From: an uncultured Chlamydiae bacterium
GTDB taxonomy: Bacteria; Chlamydiota; Chlamydiia; Chlamydiales; JAJFMA01
Assembly (NCBI GenBank): GCA_963713615.1
Contig: CAVQMM010000001.1
Location: forward strand, 3,712,001 to 3,776,000
Length of the DNA stretch: 64,000 nucleotides
Reading direction: 5' to 3'
The stretch's first letter is position 1. Each line of letters opens with the position of its first letter. This document shows positions 19,959 through 30,439 of this stretch, piece after piece. The translations under genes were made by a program, and so were the position numbers. A model generated the notes under the pieces. That model ran no database searches. It saw only the letters and a list, made by a program, of their open reading frames with translations, and had not been told where the DNA came from.

Positions 19959-21638
19959 ATGAAAAAAACAGCTCAATTACTTGACGTTTTCAAAAAACGC
20001 TTCTCGTCAGCGATTGCCGAAAGGAAAATCTCTCCTTTCACTCTCCGTTTACGCAAACGCCCTTCGCACATGCGGCTTTATGAAGCTGCTTGTCGAGCGG
20101 GAGAACTGGAGATTATCGGTGGCGATGACCTTGATCTCTCCTATGGCCTTGCACAAGCCCTTGTAGGGTTATTAAGTGGGCATCGTGAAGAATTTCTCGG
20201 TTCTCATCGGCCACATCTGTCCCGTAGGGTCTTGTGGATGCGGGGTAACACGATGTGTCAGATCGTTCCAGGTCTTACTACTGCGGTTCCTCAAGCGTTA
20301 GTAGGCCCCAAAGGTGCAGAGACAATCGCAAGATGGGCTAGTAGAATTGTTGAGTTTGGTTTCAATACGATCATTTTCGGTGGTGGATCATTAGTTCCTG
20401 AAAATCCCACTTCGACTGCCGCGTTAGCGAATATTCTCAGTCTTTTTAAAGATTATGGCCTTACTGTTGGATTACGCATATCTCTGTCCGGTCGGCCCTC
20501 GGATAGTCGTTGTCCTTTTGATCCTGACTACCGCCAAAAAATTGCGGAAGCTTTCAAGGGTATGGTGTCGGAGGGAGTGTCTCCTGACCTTATTTTGTGG
20601 GAAAGTCAGTTGCTGCACCCCAGTTTTTTGAGTCATTCTCAAGCTAGTGATGCTCTTCTCTTTGAGGTAGCCCAAGCTGAGGTTCATCTACTCGAGCAGG
20701 TTTTGCCGACTTCCACGACATTAATTTTCTACCTTCCTGTGGGCGGACGGGACTTTGTCGAGCAGCACACACATGGAATTCTTTCTCTATGCGATACTGT
20801 TGGTGAGTCTACGATCATCGCTTTTCCAGCTGTTGCCGGGGAACCCGAACGTGATCATCTCCCAGAGCATCCCGTCTGGGACGCTCTTCGTCGCTATGGC
20901 GAACCTTCCGCAACGCCGCTGCTGCCGGTAGTAAATGTCGGTGCTGTCGGACAGGGTGATGGGCTGTGGCCGGCCTTGACTTGTGAAGTCCTGGAGCGTT
21001 ACTCAGACCATCAGTTTCGAGCGCCATTTGCTGGCATTATGGCTTTAGTCGATGAGATTCCTCAAGGTAATGGCTTTCTCGCTTGCAATCTGTGGGTTGC
21101 TGGTCAGGTTTTGTGGCATCAGCGCCCACCAGCAAGATTGATAGAAACATGGTTCGATGCCTATCGGCCAGATCTACAATATCGGTCACACATTCAGGCT
21201 CTCAAATTGGCCAGAGAAGTCGTCCTAGACCTTAGCCACCTCGCCGACATCAAAGCTAGCCTCTCACGTCCCACACAGGCAGCACTCTCGCCGGCACATA
21301 TCGATCTCCTAGCAGCGAGGTTGCGCCTGCTTGACCAGCTTTTTCGCTTCGATAGTGAAGTTTCGCAGGGGCTTAATTCCTCGATGGCCGATTATTTTCA
21401 TTACTTCAGCCGCGATGCTTGGTGCTTATTGCACTGGCATCTTGATCGCCTACGCTTGCCCGCTCCTGGCGTCGCTGCGGCGGTTGACCACTCTGGTGGT
21501 TTCTGGACTTCCATCAAAGCTCAGGGGGGCAGAAATGTTCCGGGAGGTGCTACGGTGACGTGCTTAGATAGCCCGCGCTGGATTTCCGAGGATGCCCGGA
21601 TGGGACTTGTCTTCCACGAAAACCGAGCGGAGAAATAG
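19959..21638 (+). CDS. Hypothetical protein, possibly a degenerate GH67 (alpha-glucuronidase)-like TIM barrel
   Basis: 559-aa ORF with segments reminiscent of GH67 (see findings). Confidence 0.6.
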   Translation: MKKTAQLLDVFKKRFSSAIAERKISPFTLRLRKRPSHMRLYEAACRAGELEIIGGDDLDLSYGLAQALVGLLSGHREEFLGSHRPHLSRRVLWMRGNTMCQIVPGLTTAVPQALVGPKGAETIARWASRIVEFGFNTIIFGGGSLVPENPTSTAALANILSLFKDYGLTVGLRISLSGRPSDSRCPFDPDYRQKIAEAFKGMVSEGVSPDLILWESQLLHPSFLSHSQASDALLFEVAQAEVHLLEQVLPTSTTLIFYLPVGGRDFVEQHTHGILSLCDTVGESTIIAFPAVAGEPERDHLPEHPVWDALRRYGEPSATPLLPVVNVGAVGQGDGLWPALTCEVLERYSDHQFRAPFAGIMALVDEIPQGNGFLACNLWVAGQVLWHQRPPARLIETWFDAYRPDLQYRSHIQALKLAREVVLDLSHLADIKASLSRPTQAALSPAHIDLLAARLRLLDQLFRFDSEVSQGLNSSMADYFHYFSRDAWCLLHWHLDRLRLPAPGVAAAVDHSGGFWTSIKAQGGRNVPGGATVTCLDSPRWISEDARMGLVFHENRAEK

Positions 21639-22255
21639 GAGAGAGAGGAAGGAGGAGAGGATAGGAGATAGGATTTTTACCGCCGAGACGCCGAGACACC
21701 GAGATAGGAAAGAGGGGAAAGGGAAGAGAGAGGATGAGGAGGAACATCAGGCACCGAGCGCTAAATCCTTTTGCAAGGGTGCCCCCTTTCAAAAGGACTT
21801 AGCGCTCGGTCCTGATGTTCCACTGCTCCCTATAGACCAGGGGTAGAGATTTTTCCTTTTCAACCTCTAGTTGAAGGCCTTATTCACCTTTGCGGTCAGT
21901 TTTCGGTCGACTGCAAAAGGATCGTCTGTCGCGTTTTGCTCCTCAGACATAGCTGGCGCTATGCCCTCGTCACAAACCACGACATCCGACCTTTTTCGTC
22001 CGACCGAAATTCTGACCGTAAAGGTGAACAAGGCCCCTTCCTGGTAACGACATCCTCTCGAAAGCTATCTACCATTCTCACTCGCCAATATTTTTTTACA
22101 AATTCTAATAGATAGAAAGGCAAAAATCAACAATGATGTTCCTCCTCATCCTCTCTTTCCTATCTCGGTGTCTCGGCGGTAAAAATTCCTAAATCCTCTC
22201 CTCTTTCTCCCTTTTTCCTTACTCTCCTTCTCTCTTTTTCTCTTTCCGACTTCTC
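21637..22255. repeat. Family A inverted arms enclosing an ~80-bp hairpin (21741-21821) and a 160-bp MITE
   Basis: ACCGCCGAGACGCCGAGACACCGAGATAGG near 21679, with its complement near 22159-22190. Confidence 0.85.
21876..22035. mobile_element. 160-bp MITE copy 1 (no target duplication)
   Basis: TIRs GGCCTTATTCACCTTTGCGGTCAG / CTGACCGTAAAGGTGAACAAGGCC. Near-identical to three other copies. Confidence 0.9.
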
Positions 22256-22368
22256 ATCTCTTGACTCTTATATCTCTAATTCTTACAATAGTTAAATTTA
22301 TTGATTTTTATTTTTAATTTTGTTAAAGTTGTTGTAATGATAATTAAATAAAATTAAAGGTTATTGTT

Positions 22369-23787
22369 ATGGATAGTTTGTTTGCGCATCAGAGGGCGAG
22401 ATCGGGATATATTGAACAAACCCCTTTTGGCGAGAAGCTGGGTTTTGACGGTATAGATCTTAATTCCATGAAAGAAGAAGAGGTCAATTCACTATTACAG
22501 ACCCATGGGATTCTACCGACCCTAGATGAGGCCAAAGCGGTTTTTTATAGTTTGGGGGATGATTATTGGAAAATCCTTATCGACGGAGAATATCATCATC
22601 TTAACAGTCAGCTAGTGTTTGATCTAGGCTTACATGGCAACCAGCAAGAGCCCGGCTATTGGGACAGCTTAAATGCAGCAGCTGAGTTGCTATGGAATGA
22701 TCCATACTTGAAGATGGACGTTTATCGAAATGTTCACAGGACGGCCTGTCGCCATTTTGAGGGTGCACAAAATCATACCGCTTGCAAGGCCAGTGACAGC
22801 GATAGGTGGAGATCCGGCAATCAACAGGTCACTTATCTAAGTGATGCGATACTGGATACGAATGGGTCCCGGCAGTTCAAATATATGGTAGGCTCCTGGA
22901 GTAAGATAAAGAAATGTTTAGATTCGGATCCCTCTAGTTCTCATCTCATAAAGATGAAGGGACAGGCGTTTATAGAACAGACGCTCAATGAGTTTAAAAG
23001 TCTTGCTCAGAACATCGCTACTAAATCGTTGCCTATCGGTATCGAAGCAAGTTTATTAAAACTTAGGCGAGATCACTTTGCAATGATTTGGAGTCCCAGC
23101 GACATGCTGGAGCTTGAGGAAGAGAATCACAAAATTTGTGAAGCCCTGAAGCAAATCAACGGTTTGTTTGTTGACATGTTATCCTCTGAAAGCAAGGACA
23201 GGGAAGATCTTTTGCAATCTCTTTTGCTCTATAGGCGTTGTTTTATCGAAGACAACAGCAAATTTATCATAAAGTCTCAAGTGAGCAAGGTGAGGGAGCT
23301 TGTGAAACAGATTGGTGTGGAGACTGAGATACAAGAAAACGTCGAAGTGATGTCGACAGGCGACGGTTACATTGTAATAAAATATCCCGATTCACGTCAT
23401 GTGCAAGACATCATAACGAAACTCATGGACGCGTTTAATACCGCAATCTTGATGGCCAGAAAGGATGCCCTCCTAGCCCTGCAAAAAGGGAAGATTGCGC
23501 TTCAAGTCAGGGAAGAGTATCAGGCAACGGCTCGGAAACTAATATCGGATTTTTACGCGAAGATGGAGATTGAGCATCCATTCATCGATGGAAATGGTAG
23601 AACCCATATCCTCTTTCAAAATGTCCTGTTGTGCATGAATGGCCTGCATCCCTGCATTTTGGATAATCCTTATTACGCCGACGCACACAGCCTGGAGGAG
23701 AGCGAGCTTTACCTGAGAAAGGGATTAGAGCGGTTTGAGCAGGTATTTTTGAAGACCCACCGTTCTGCACTTGACGAGGCAATATAG
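22369..23787 (+). CDS. Fic-domain protein
   Basis: HPFIDGNGRTHI motif near the C-terminus. Confidence 0.85.
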   Translation: MDSLFAHQRARSGYIEQTPFGEKLGFDGIDLNSMKEEEVNSLLQTHGILPTLDEAKAVFYSLGDDYWKILIDGEYHHLNSQLVFDLGLHGNQQEPGYWDSLNAAAELLWNDPYLKMDVYRNVHRTACRHFEGAQNHTACKASDSDRWRSGNQQVTYLSDAILDTNGSRQFKYMVGSWSKIKKCLDSDPSSSHLIKMKGQAFIEQTLNEFKSLAQNIATKSLPIGIEASLLKLRRDHFAMIWSPSDMLELEEENHKICEALKQINGLFVDMLSSESKDREDLLQSLLLYRRCFIEDNSKFIIKSQVSKVRELVKQIGVETEIQENVEVMSTGDGYIVIKYPDSRHVQDIITKLMDAFNTAILMARKDALLALQKGKIALQVREEYQATARKLISDFYAKMEIEHPFIDGNGRTHILFQNVLLCMNGLHPCILDNPYYADAHSLEESELYLRKGLERFEQVFLKTHRSALDEAI

Positions 23788-23914
23788 CGATACAGCGGTG
23801 TGAAAAGTCCTAAATCCTCTTTCGTTTCTCTTTCTCACTTCTTAACTATTACCTTGAAAATAAAGATAATATTGGTTATAATGTTTATAATTTAGTGTGT
23901 TTAGAAGGTAGAAG

Positions 23915-25294
23915 ATGGATTCCCTGCAATCTTATATTGAACTCTTTAAGAGCCTGGTTTGGGGAATTCCACTTCTGCTACTCTTGTTAGGGGCTGGGGC
24001 GTATCTAACCATTCTGCTGCGCGGTATTCAGTTCCGCTACCTCTTTTTCGGGCTACGCGAATCTTGGAGGCCTCAATATCAGGAAGAAAAAGGTGACATC
24101 TCTCACTTTGAAGCTCTAATGACTACTCTAGCAGGTGCCATCGGCACAGGGACCATTGTTGGTGTCGCCACGGGTATTAGCATTGGCGGCGTGGGCTGTA
24201 TTTTCTGGATGTGGGTCACCGCTTTGCTGGGTATGGCCACTAAATATGCTGAATCGTTGCTGGCGGTCAAATATCGCGTTCAAGATAGCCGTGGAGAAAT
24301 GGTTGGTGGGCCGATGGAGTACATCGAGCGCGGTTTAGGCTGGCGCTGGTTAGCAGTTACCTTCGCTGTTCTAGGAGCTCTTGCTGCCATTGGTACCGGT
24401 AACCTCGTTCAGGCCAATTCCATCGCTGACGCTGCTGGACATATCTGGAGCCTAGATCCTTGGGTCAGCGGTGTCTTTCTCGCCGTTCTTGTAGGGATTG
24501 TTACCCTCGGTGGCGTTAAAGTGATCGGACGTGTTGCGGCTATCATTGTTCCTTTTATGGCACTCTTCTACATGGCTGGTGGGCTATGGATCATCTGGCT
24601 CAATGCTGAGCATGTTCCCGCCGCTTTTGCCTCTATTTTTGATGAAGCTTTCAACGGCCGAGCCGCCGCTGGTGGTGTCGTCGGTATCACCGTCTTGATG
24701 GCCATCCAGCAGGGTGTTGCCAGGGCGATCTTTGCTACGGAATCGGGCTTAGGCATTTCTTCGATTGCCGCTGCTGCTGCCCGTACCAATAATCCAGCGC
24801 GTCAGGCAACTGTGTTTATGACTGGTGGGCTGATCTCCACTGTTATCGTCTGTACTGTTACAGCGCTTGTTTTAATCGTCACCGGGGTTACCGATCAGCT
24901 AGATCAAAATGGCACTCCTCTAAGAGGTGCTTCGATGGCTATCGCTGCCTTTACTGGTTCATTCCCTGGCAGTCACTATATCCTCACGGCTGCGCTGATG
25001 CTCTTCGCTTACACCACGATGTTAGCTTGGTCTTATTATGGCGAAAAGTGTGCCGAATATCTCTTTGGTGCTCGTGCTGTCCGTTGGTATCGCATCATCT
25101 TTGCCTGCGCAGTCATTCCAGGAGCTGCTATTCAGCTAAATATCGTCTGGACTATTGCTGATTCAATGAATGGTCTAATGGCTATTCCTAACCTGATCGC
25201 TGTCTTGGCATTGTCTGGTGTGCTTGTAAAAGAAACAAAATTGTTTGATGCCCTCCAGAAGAAGCCGAAACACGTGACAGGTGTTGTGGGATGA
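23915..25294 (+). CDS. dagA: Alanine/glycine:cation symporter (AGCS family)
   Basis: GCIFWMW, KYAESLLAVKYR and GGPMEYI motifs, with many TM helices. Confidence 0.9.
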   Translation: MDSLQSYIELFKSLVWGIPLLLLLLGAGAYLTILLRGIQFRYLFFGLRESWRPQYQEEKGDISHFEALMTTLAGAIGTGTIVGVATGISIGGVGCIFWMWVTALLGMATKYAESLLAVKYRVQDSRGEMVGGPMEYIERGLGWRWLAVTFAVLGALAAIGTGNLVQANSIADAAGHIWSLDPWVSGVFLAVLVGIVTLGGVKVIGRVAAIIVPFMALFYMAGGLWIIWLNAEHVPAAFASIFDEAFNGRAAAGGVVGITVLMAIQQGVARAIFATESGLGISSIAAAAARTNNPARQATVFMTGGLISTVIVCTVTALVLIVTGVTDQLDQNGTPLRGASMAIAAFTGSFPGSHYILTAALMLFAYTTMLAWSYYGEKCAEYLFGARAVRWYRIIFACAVIPGAAIQLNIVWTIADSMNGLMAIPNLIAVLALSGVLVKETKLFDALQKKPKHVTGVVG

Positions 25295-26685
25295 GCTTTA
25301 TGTCACTACTTGAACTCATTAACTACTGGGTCTGGGGAGCTCCCTTTCAACTCCTCTTCTTTGGCTTAGCCATCTACCTCACCATAGCCCTTAGGGGGCT
25401 CCAGTTCCGCTACCTGCTGAAAGCCTTCAAATTGGCCTTCGGTAGGCAAAATGCCCAAGCAAAAGGGGATATCAGCCACTATCAATCTCTGATGACAGCC
25501 TTGGCAGCCACTGTAGGGATTGGCAACATCGCTGGCGTCGCCACAGCGGTCACCGCCGGAGGGCCTGGGGCGTTATTTTGGATGTGGGTGACGGCTCTTT
25601 TGGGGATGATCACCAAATACGCTGAATCTATCTTAGCAGTAAAATACCGCATTGTTGACGAGCGTGGTGAAATGGCTGGCGGTCCGATGTATTTTATCGA
25701 ACGAGGACTCGGCTGGCGTTGGCTAGCGGTAGCTTTTGCCGGTTTTGGTTGTTTAGTGGCTCTTGGCGGTGGCAATATGCTTCAGGCTAACTCCATAGCC
25801 CAGGTGATAGAACGCTTATTTGAGATCAATCCTTGGTATACTGGATTCGTTCTGGCAGCGCTTACAGGCTTGACAGTACTTGGAGGCATCAGGTCCATTG
25901 GCACCGTTGCAGGTTTCGCCGTACCCTTCATGGCCTTGTCATATATGTTTGGTGGGCTTGTCATCCTAGTGATGAACTTTACCGATATCCCAGCAGCTAT
26001 GTGGGCTATTCTGCAAGATGCCTTCAGTGGTATGGCCGTTGCTGGTGGGTTTCTTGGCTTTGCTACACAGAATGCTGTCAGGGTCGGTCTTGCACGTGGG
26101 ATTATGACTAGCGAAGCTGGTCTAGGCACTGCCAGCATCGCCTCTGCAGCTGCTAAGACTGATAGTGCCGGCGAGCAAGGGCTTGTTTCCATGACGGGCA
26201 GCTTTTTGACGACGGTCATCATGTGCAGTGTGACGGCACTGGTCCTGCAAGTCACCGATGCTGTGAATATGGTTGACGGCATGGGAATGCGTCTTAATGG
26301 TGCGGCCATGACCGTAGCAGCTTTTCAGACGGTCTTTTCATCTTGGGGTGCTTATATGGTATCCATGGCCCTGGTATTCTTCGGATTTACTACAATTATC
26401 GGTTATGCCTACTACGCGGAGAAGTGCCTCGAATACTTATTTGGCGCGCGTGCAGTTCCGTTTTATAGGGTGATCTTCACGGCTTTTGTTGTGATTGGTT
26501 GTGTCTTGAAGCTGGAGATTGTTTGGTTAGTATCGGACATCGCCAACGGTCTGATGGCCTATCCAAACCTGATCGGGCTGATCTTTCTATCGGGCGTTGT
26601 TGTTCAAGAAACACGTGCCTTTCTCCCAACTCTCGACACCAAGAAAAAACCTCCTGTCGCTGTAGCCCCTGAAACTCTTTCTTAA
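25291..26685 (+). CDS. dagA: Alanine/glycine:cation symporter (AGCS family), tandem paralogue
   Basis: GIGNIAGVA, GGPGALFWMW and SEAGLG motifs. ATGA overlap with the upstream paralogue. Confidence 0.9.
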   Translation: MSFMSLLELINYWVWGAPFQLLFFGLAIYLTIALRGLQFRYLLKAFKLAFGRQNAQAKGDISHYQSLMTALAATVGIGNIAGVATAVTAGGPGALFWMWVTALLGMITKYAESILAVKYRIVDERGEMAGGPMYFIERGLGWRWLAVAFAGFGCLVALGGGNMLQANSIAQVIERLFEINPWYTGFVLAALTGLTVLGGIRSIGTVAGFAVPFMALSYMFGGLVILVMNFTDIPAAMWAILQDAFSGMAVAGGFLGFATQNAVRVGLARGIMTSEAGLGTASIASAAAKTDSAGEQGLVSMTGSFLTTVIMCSVTALVLQVTDAVNMVDGMGMRLNGAAMTVAAFQTVFSSWGAYMVSMALVFFGFTTIIGYAYYAEKCLEYLFGARAVPFYRVIFTAFVVIGCVLKLEIVWLVSDIANGLMAYPNLIGLIFLSGVVVQETRAFLPTLDTKKKPPVAVAPETLS

Positions 26686-26816
26686 TGCAAAGGTGCAAAG
26701 AAGAGCTTACGTAGATGGACTATCGGCGGAACAGACCTGTTTTCCTGTTTGTTTCGCCTGTTATGCTTTTACTAAAGATGTAAGGCACGGCTTATACCTC
26801 TCATGTCTCATGTGTT

Positions 26817-27116
26817 TTAAAGAAAAATTTTGTAATCAGTTTCAAAGAGAACCGCAAATTTTTTTGCCATAGCTTTGCCAATTGAACGCTTGCCATGTTC
26901 CATTTTGGAAATATTGGCCTGATTTACGCCAGTCTGTTTAGCAAGCTCTATCTGTGTCATACCTTCGCGCAAACGGAAACCGCGAAGAGCTGCGCCCGAT
27001 TCAGAAAACTTTTCAATCAAATCTCCAAAAGCTGAACGCCAGTCAACTGAGCCTTTGTGTTCTGCACCAGTTGCAACGTTTTTTTCAGTAGGGAGCCTTT
27101 TCGTGTGTGCCCGCAT
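26817..27116 (-). CDS. XRE-family HTH protein (HigA-like antitoxin or regulator)
   Basis: LRGFRLREGMTQIELAKQTGVNQANISKMEHGKRSIG. GAGGT RBS before the ATG at 27116. Confidence 0.85.
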   Translation of the reverse strand: MRAHTKRLPTEKNVATGAEHKGSVDWRSAFGDLIEKFSESGAALRGFRLREGMTQIELAKQTGVNQANISKMEHGKRSIGKAMAKKFAVLFETDYKIFL

Positions 27117-27148
27117 AATATACCTCAATCAATCTCCCTGGTCATATA

Positions 27149-27897
27149 GAGGTAATTGCAGAAGTCCGATTCTCCGAAGTCAATTTCCTGAAAATCGGAT
27201 GCCGGTGAAGAGAGAGTCATTCCCTTCCCAGGCCCGAAGGGTCGATATTGCAACAGGCCATGGCATCGCCATGGTATATGCCAAAACGGTTTTAGCAGTC
27301 TGTAGGGCTGCCATAAAGCGCATGCATAAATGTTTGTAAACTGGCGTCTTGTAGCAGTCCTTCAGACTGCGAAATCCCTTCCTGGCATATACCATGGCGA
27401 TGCCACATAGGCCTCAACCTAACAGGTCTTTTGAGCTTATATCTCAATGACTTAGGACTTCACAATCGTATCTCGGCGCGCAGCGCTTTGGAGTGCGGTC
27501 GCTTGCGACCGCTTTTCGTTCCTTGGGACGGCAATGCTAAACGGCATTGTATGGATTCGTCGAAGGCTGCATGTACTAACTATTTTACCCTTAGGGAATT
27601 ATAGTGATGCCGTTGCACACGACCGTCGCAAGGAACCCAAAGCGGTCGCAAGCGACCGCACTCCAAAGCGCTGCGCGCCGAGATACGATTGTTAGGCTTA
27701 GGTTGAGGCCTATGTGGCGATGCCCTGGCCTGTTGCAATATAGACCCTTCGGGCCTGGGAAGGGAGAAAAGCCTGTCTTTCCAGACTGGATAGTGCCATA
27801 CCACTTAAGCTCTCTAGAATCGCCTTCTCACAAAAAAAGGTAACCTTTTTTCCCGAGAATCGATTCTCAAGGGCTCAAATAATTTTGCAATTACCTC
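27149..27897. mobile_element. Composite non-autonomous element bounded by GAGGTAATTGCA TIRs, containing REP-like hairpins and a REPIN-like unit (27462-27692)
   Basis: TATA flanks both ends. Inner arms are ATAGGCCTCAACCTAA and GGAGTGCGGTCGCTTGCGACCGCTTT with their complements. Confidence 0.8.
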
Positions 27898-27916
27898 TAT
27901 ATGTCCTTTAGTCCAT

Positions 27917-28921
27917 CTACACAAACCGCTGCTTCACACTATCCACAATGACTTCTTTGGGGATGTCCAGGACATGTGCTGTGGAGACCAAGCACGTCGC
28001 TTTATCGCTTAAAGGGTGCCATTGTGTGACGATATCGTGACCGAATAACACTGTCTGGGGCTTATCTAAGGCGGCAGCCAAATGCATGATGCCGCCATCA
28101 CCCACTAACACGTTATCTACGAGGCTTAGGATAGCGATGAGTTCATTGACGTTGCGAGAAGCGATGATTTTTGCAGCGCATTTAAGGCGAGGTAATAGGT
28201 CTTGAGCTTTAGGAAGATCCCTTGGTTCACAGGAGATCACAACGCGAAAATCGGTCTTCGTTGCTAGTCTATTGAGGATTTCAGTGTGACCCTCGACGCC
28301 TAATGAACTTGCAGCACGGTTGTTAGTTAGAGAAACAAACAGCAGTGGAAGCGACAGATCCCCAAAGGCAAGCAAATCGCGCATGCTAGATACAGGACCA
28401 GCTTGAAAGGGCGCATCGAGGGTCAGCTTTGGCCAGAGCTCTTTGGGGATTTCATGTAGGTTAGGATCAAGCATACGCAGTGCCGCCAGAGCTTGGTGTA
28501 TCTTGCCCTCCGGAATAAGATCTAGGGGTACTGGATGATTGATAAATCGGCAGTACCATTTGTCATTGACAGCAGCGACCCGATGACGCGCTCGCAGAGC
28601 CCAAAGGGCAAAAGACATCAGGCGTGTTGGCGTTGGCTTCGTGGCTATAGCGATGTCGACACGTGGCCACCAGTGAAGAGCCCCAACAGCTAAAGCACTC
28701 AAATATTTGTTACCTCGGGGCAGCACCACGCTGCGATCAAAACCACGCAGAAAGGGTAATAATGGTGCATTGCGATGCTCCACAATCAGCGTGATTTTGG
28801 CCTCTGGAGATTGCCTTCGGCAATATTCTAACACCGGCATAGCGCACAAAAGATCGCCTAGGCCATTGCGCCGGATGATAGCGATACTTCGTGCTGTAGA
28901 CAAAGGTAGCGATGATACCAT
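27917..28921 (-). CDS. Glycosyltransferase family 9 (LPS heptosyltransferase-like)
   Basis: RRNGLGDLL and GDGGIMHLAAAL...TVLFG motifs. Confidence 0.9.
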   Translation of the reverse strand: MVSSLPLSTARSIAIIRRNGLGDLLCAMPVLEYCRRQSPEAKITLIVEHRNAPLLPFLRGFDRSVVLPRGNKYLSALAVGALHWWPRVDIAIATKPTPTRLMSFALWALRARHRVAAVNDKWYCRFINHPVPLDLIPEGKIHQALAALRMLDPNLHEIPKELWPKLTLDAPFQAGPVSSMRDLLAFGDLSLPLLFVSLTNNRAASSLGVEGHTEILNRLATKTDFRVVISCEPRDLPKAQDLLPRLKCAAKIIASRNVNELIAILSLVDNVLVGDGGIMHLAAALDKPQTVLFGHDIVTQWHPLSDKATCLVSTAHVLDIPKEVIVDSVKQRFV

Positions 28922-29438
28922 AAAACCATTCCTGGGTGGGTTTTGTGGTATTATTGTAGCTGAGTTCTCAGTAAAGATAAAGCACAGGAGAGAGTGTGGG
29001 CGCTTTAAGGTGAGATCTAACCGTTAATGCTGGTAAAAATCACTTAGAATTGCATCGCATTTTTTAAGTCTATATTGATAAAATCTGATCAATAATTCTT
29101 TGGCTTGATTGATCAATTTTACCTTCTATTTGGCCATACCATGCAAAAAATAGTCTTGGTGATGGTTCGCAATTGTCGCGCAAGAGAAACCCCGTCAGCC
29201 CTTGATTCTAAGAAAACATGGCCATCACTTATCAATCCACAAATTGTCTACCTATTAAAACATATCGCTCTTGCTCGATTTCAGTCGCTCCAATCCCCTG
29301 GATTTGGGGGAATTGGAGGTCCCTCCGTCGATAGTTACTCAATTGGCAATATTTATGGATAAAAAGAGCTATCTCATGTAAAAACTATTTTCACATCTAT
29401 CTAAGAGTTGCATGTCTCCACAAAAAGAGAGATTTTTC

Positions 29439-29598
29439 GGCCTTATTCACCTTTGCGGTCAGTTTTCGGTCGACTGCAAAAGGATCGTCTGTCGCGTTTT
29501 GCTCCTCGGACATAGCTGGCGCTATGCCCTCGTCACAAACCACGACATCCGACCTTTTTCGTCCGACCGAAATTCTGACCGTAAAGGTGAACAAGGCC
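29439..29598. mobile_element. 160-bp MITE copy 2
   Basis: 8-bp TSD GATTTTTC at 29431-29438 and 29599-29606. Confidence 0.93.
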
Positions 29599-29650
29599 GA
29601 TTTTTCACGTGATGAAAACGAGCATTGATCGATAAGGGGAATCGGCTTTT

Positions 29651-30439
29651 ATGAGCGTTCAAAATCTGACGTCAGATGTCCAGGTGCTGCACTATGAAAA
29701 AGAGCAGGTCCTCTTTCGGTATCTTCTTTTTCATTATGGGAGCAAAGAAGACCAGATGCCTTTTGAGTTAGATCTCCAGCATGCACTTGACTTCCCGGCA
29801 AGGTGTGTGAGGGAATGCCTAAATGTCAAAGCCTTGCCAAATGCTTCCAGGGCCTTAGAGATAGGATGTGGAGTGGGTCGATCGAGTTTTGAACTTTCGC
29901 ATTATTGTGAAAGCGTATTAGCAATCGATAACTCTAAAACGTTCATTTCTGTCGCCAAACAAATCCAAGAAACAGGACAGAAGGAATACTTGATCACTGT
30001 TGAAGGTGCTCAAAGGCACAGGCGCATCGCACGTCGACCAGCTGAGAGCAGGCCTGAACACATTGTGTTTCGATGTGAAGATGCGCTCAATCTGATTGAG
30101 GAGCCTTTTACAGCCTTTGATGTCGTTCTGGTCGCCAATGTCCTTTGCCGCATGCACAATCCTTTAGCCTTTTTGCAAGCATTGCCTCAATTAACCGCTT
30201 TAGGAGGCCAACTCATTTTAATCTCACCCTATTCCTGGTCCCAAGAGTTCACTCCGAAAAATAACTGGCTTGGAGGGGTGGAAGACAATGCAGGGAAAAA
30301 CTCTTTAGATTACATTCAGGGAGCATTGCAGGATTCCTTTGATCTCAATCGCGTTTTTGATATGCCCTTCATGATACGTGAGCATTTCCGTAAATATGAA
30401 TTGGTAATCGCTCAGGCCACTCTTTGGACCCGTATTTAG
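29651..30439 (+). CDS. SAM methyltransferase resembling the OvoA C-terminal (mercaptohistidine N-methyltransferase) domain
   Basis: YLLFHYG, ALEIGCGVGRSSFEL, SPYSWSQEFTP..WLGG and PFMIREHFRKY motifs. Confidence 0.8.
   Translation: MSVQNLTSDVQVLHYEKEQVLFRYLLFHYGSKEDQMPFELDLQHALDFPARCVRECLNVKALPNASRALEIGCGVGRSSFELSHYCESVLAIDNSKTFISVAKQIQETGQKEYLITVEGAQRHRRIARRPAESRPEHIVFRCEDALNLIEEPFTAFDVVLVANVLCRMHNPLAFLQALPQLTALGGQLILISPYSWSQEFTPKNNWLGGVEDNAGKNSLDYIQGALQDSFDLNRVFDMPFMIREHFRKYELVIAQATLWTRI

Noticed and set aside
23915..26685. Tandem AGCS symporters as a recent duplication or assembly error
   Set aside because: The two proteins are clearly diverged, consistent with an ordinary older paralogue pair.
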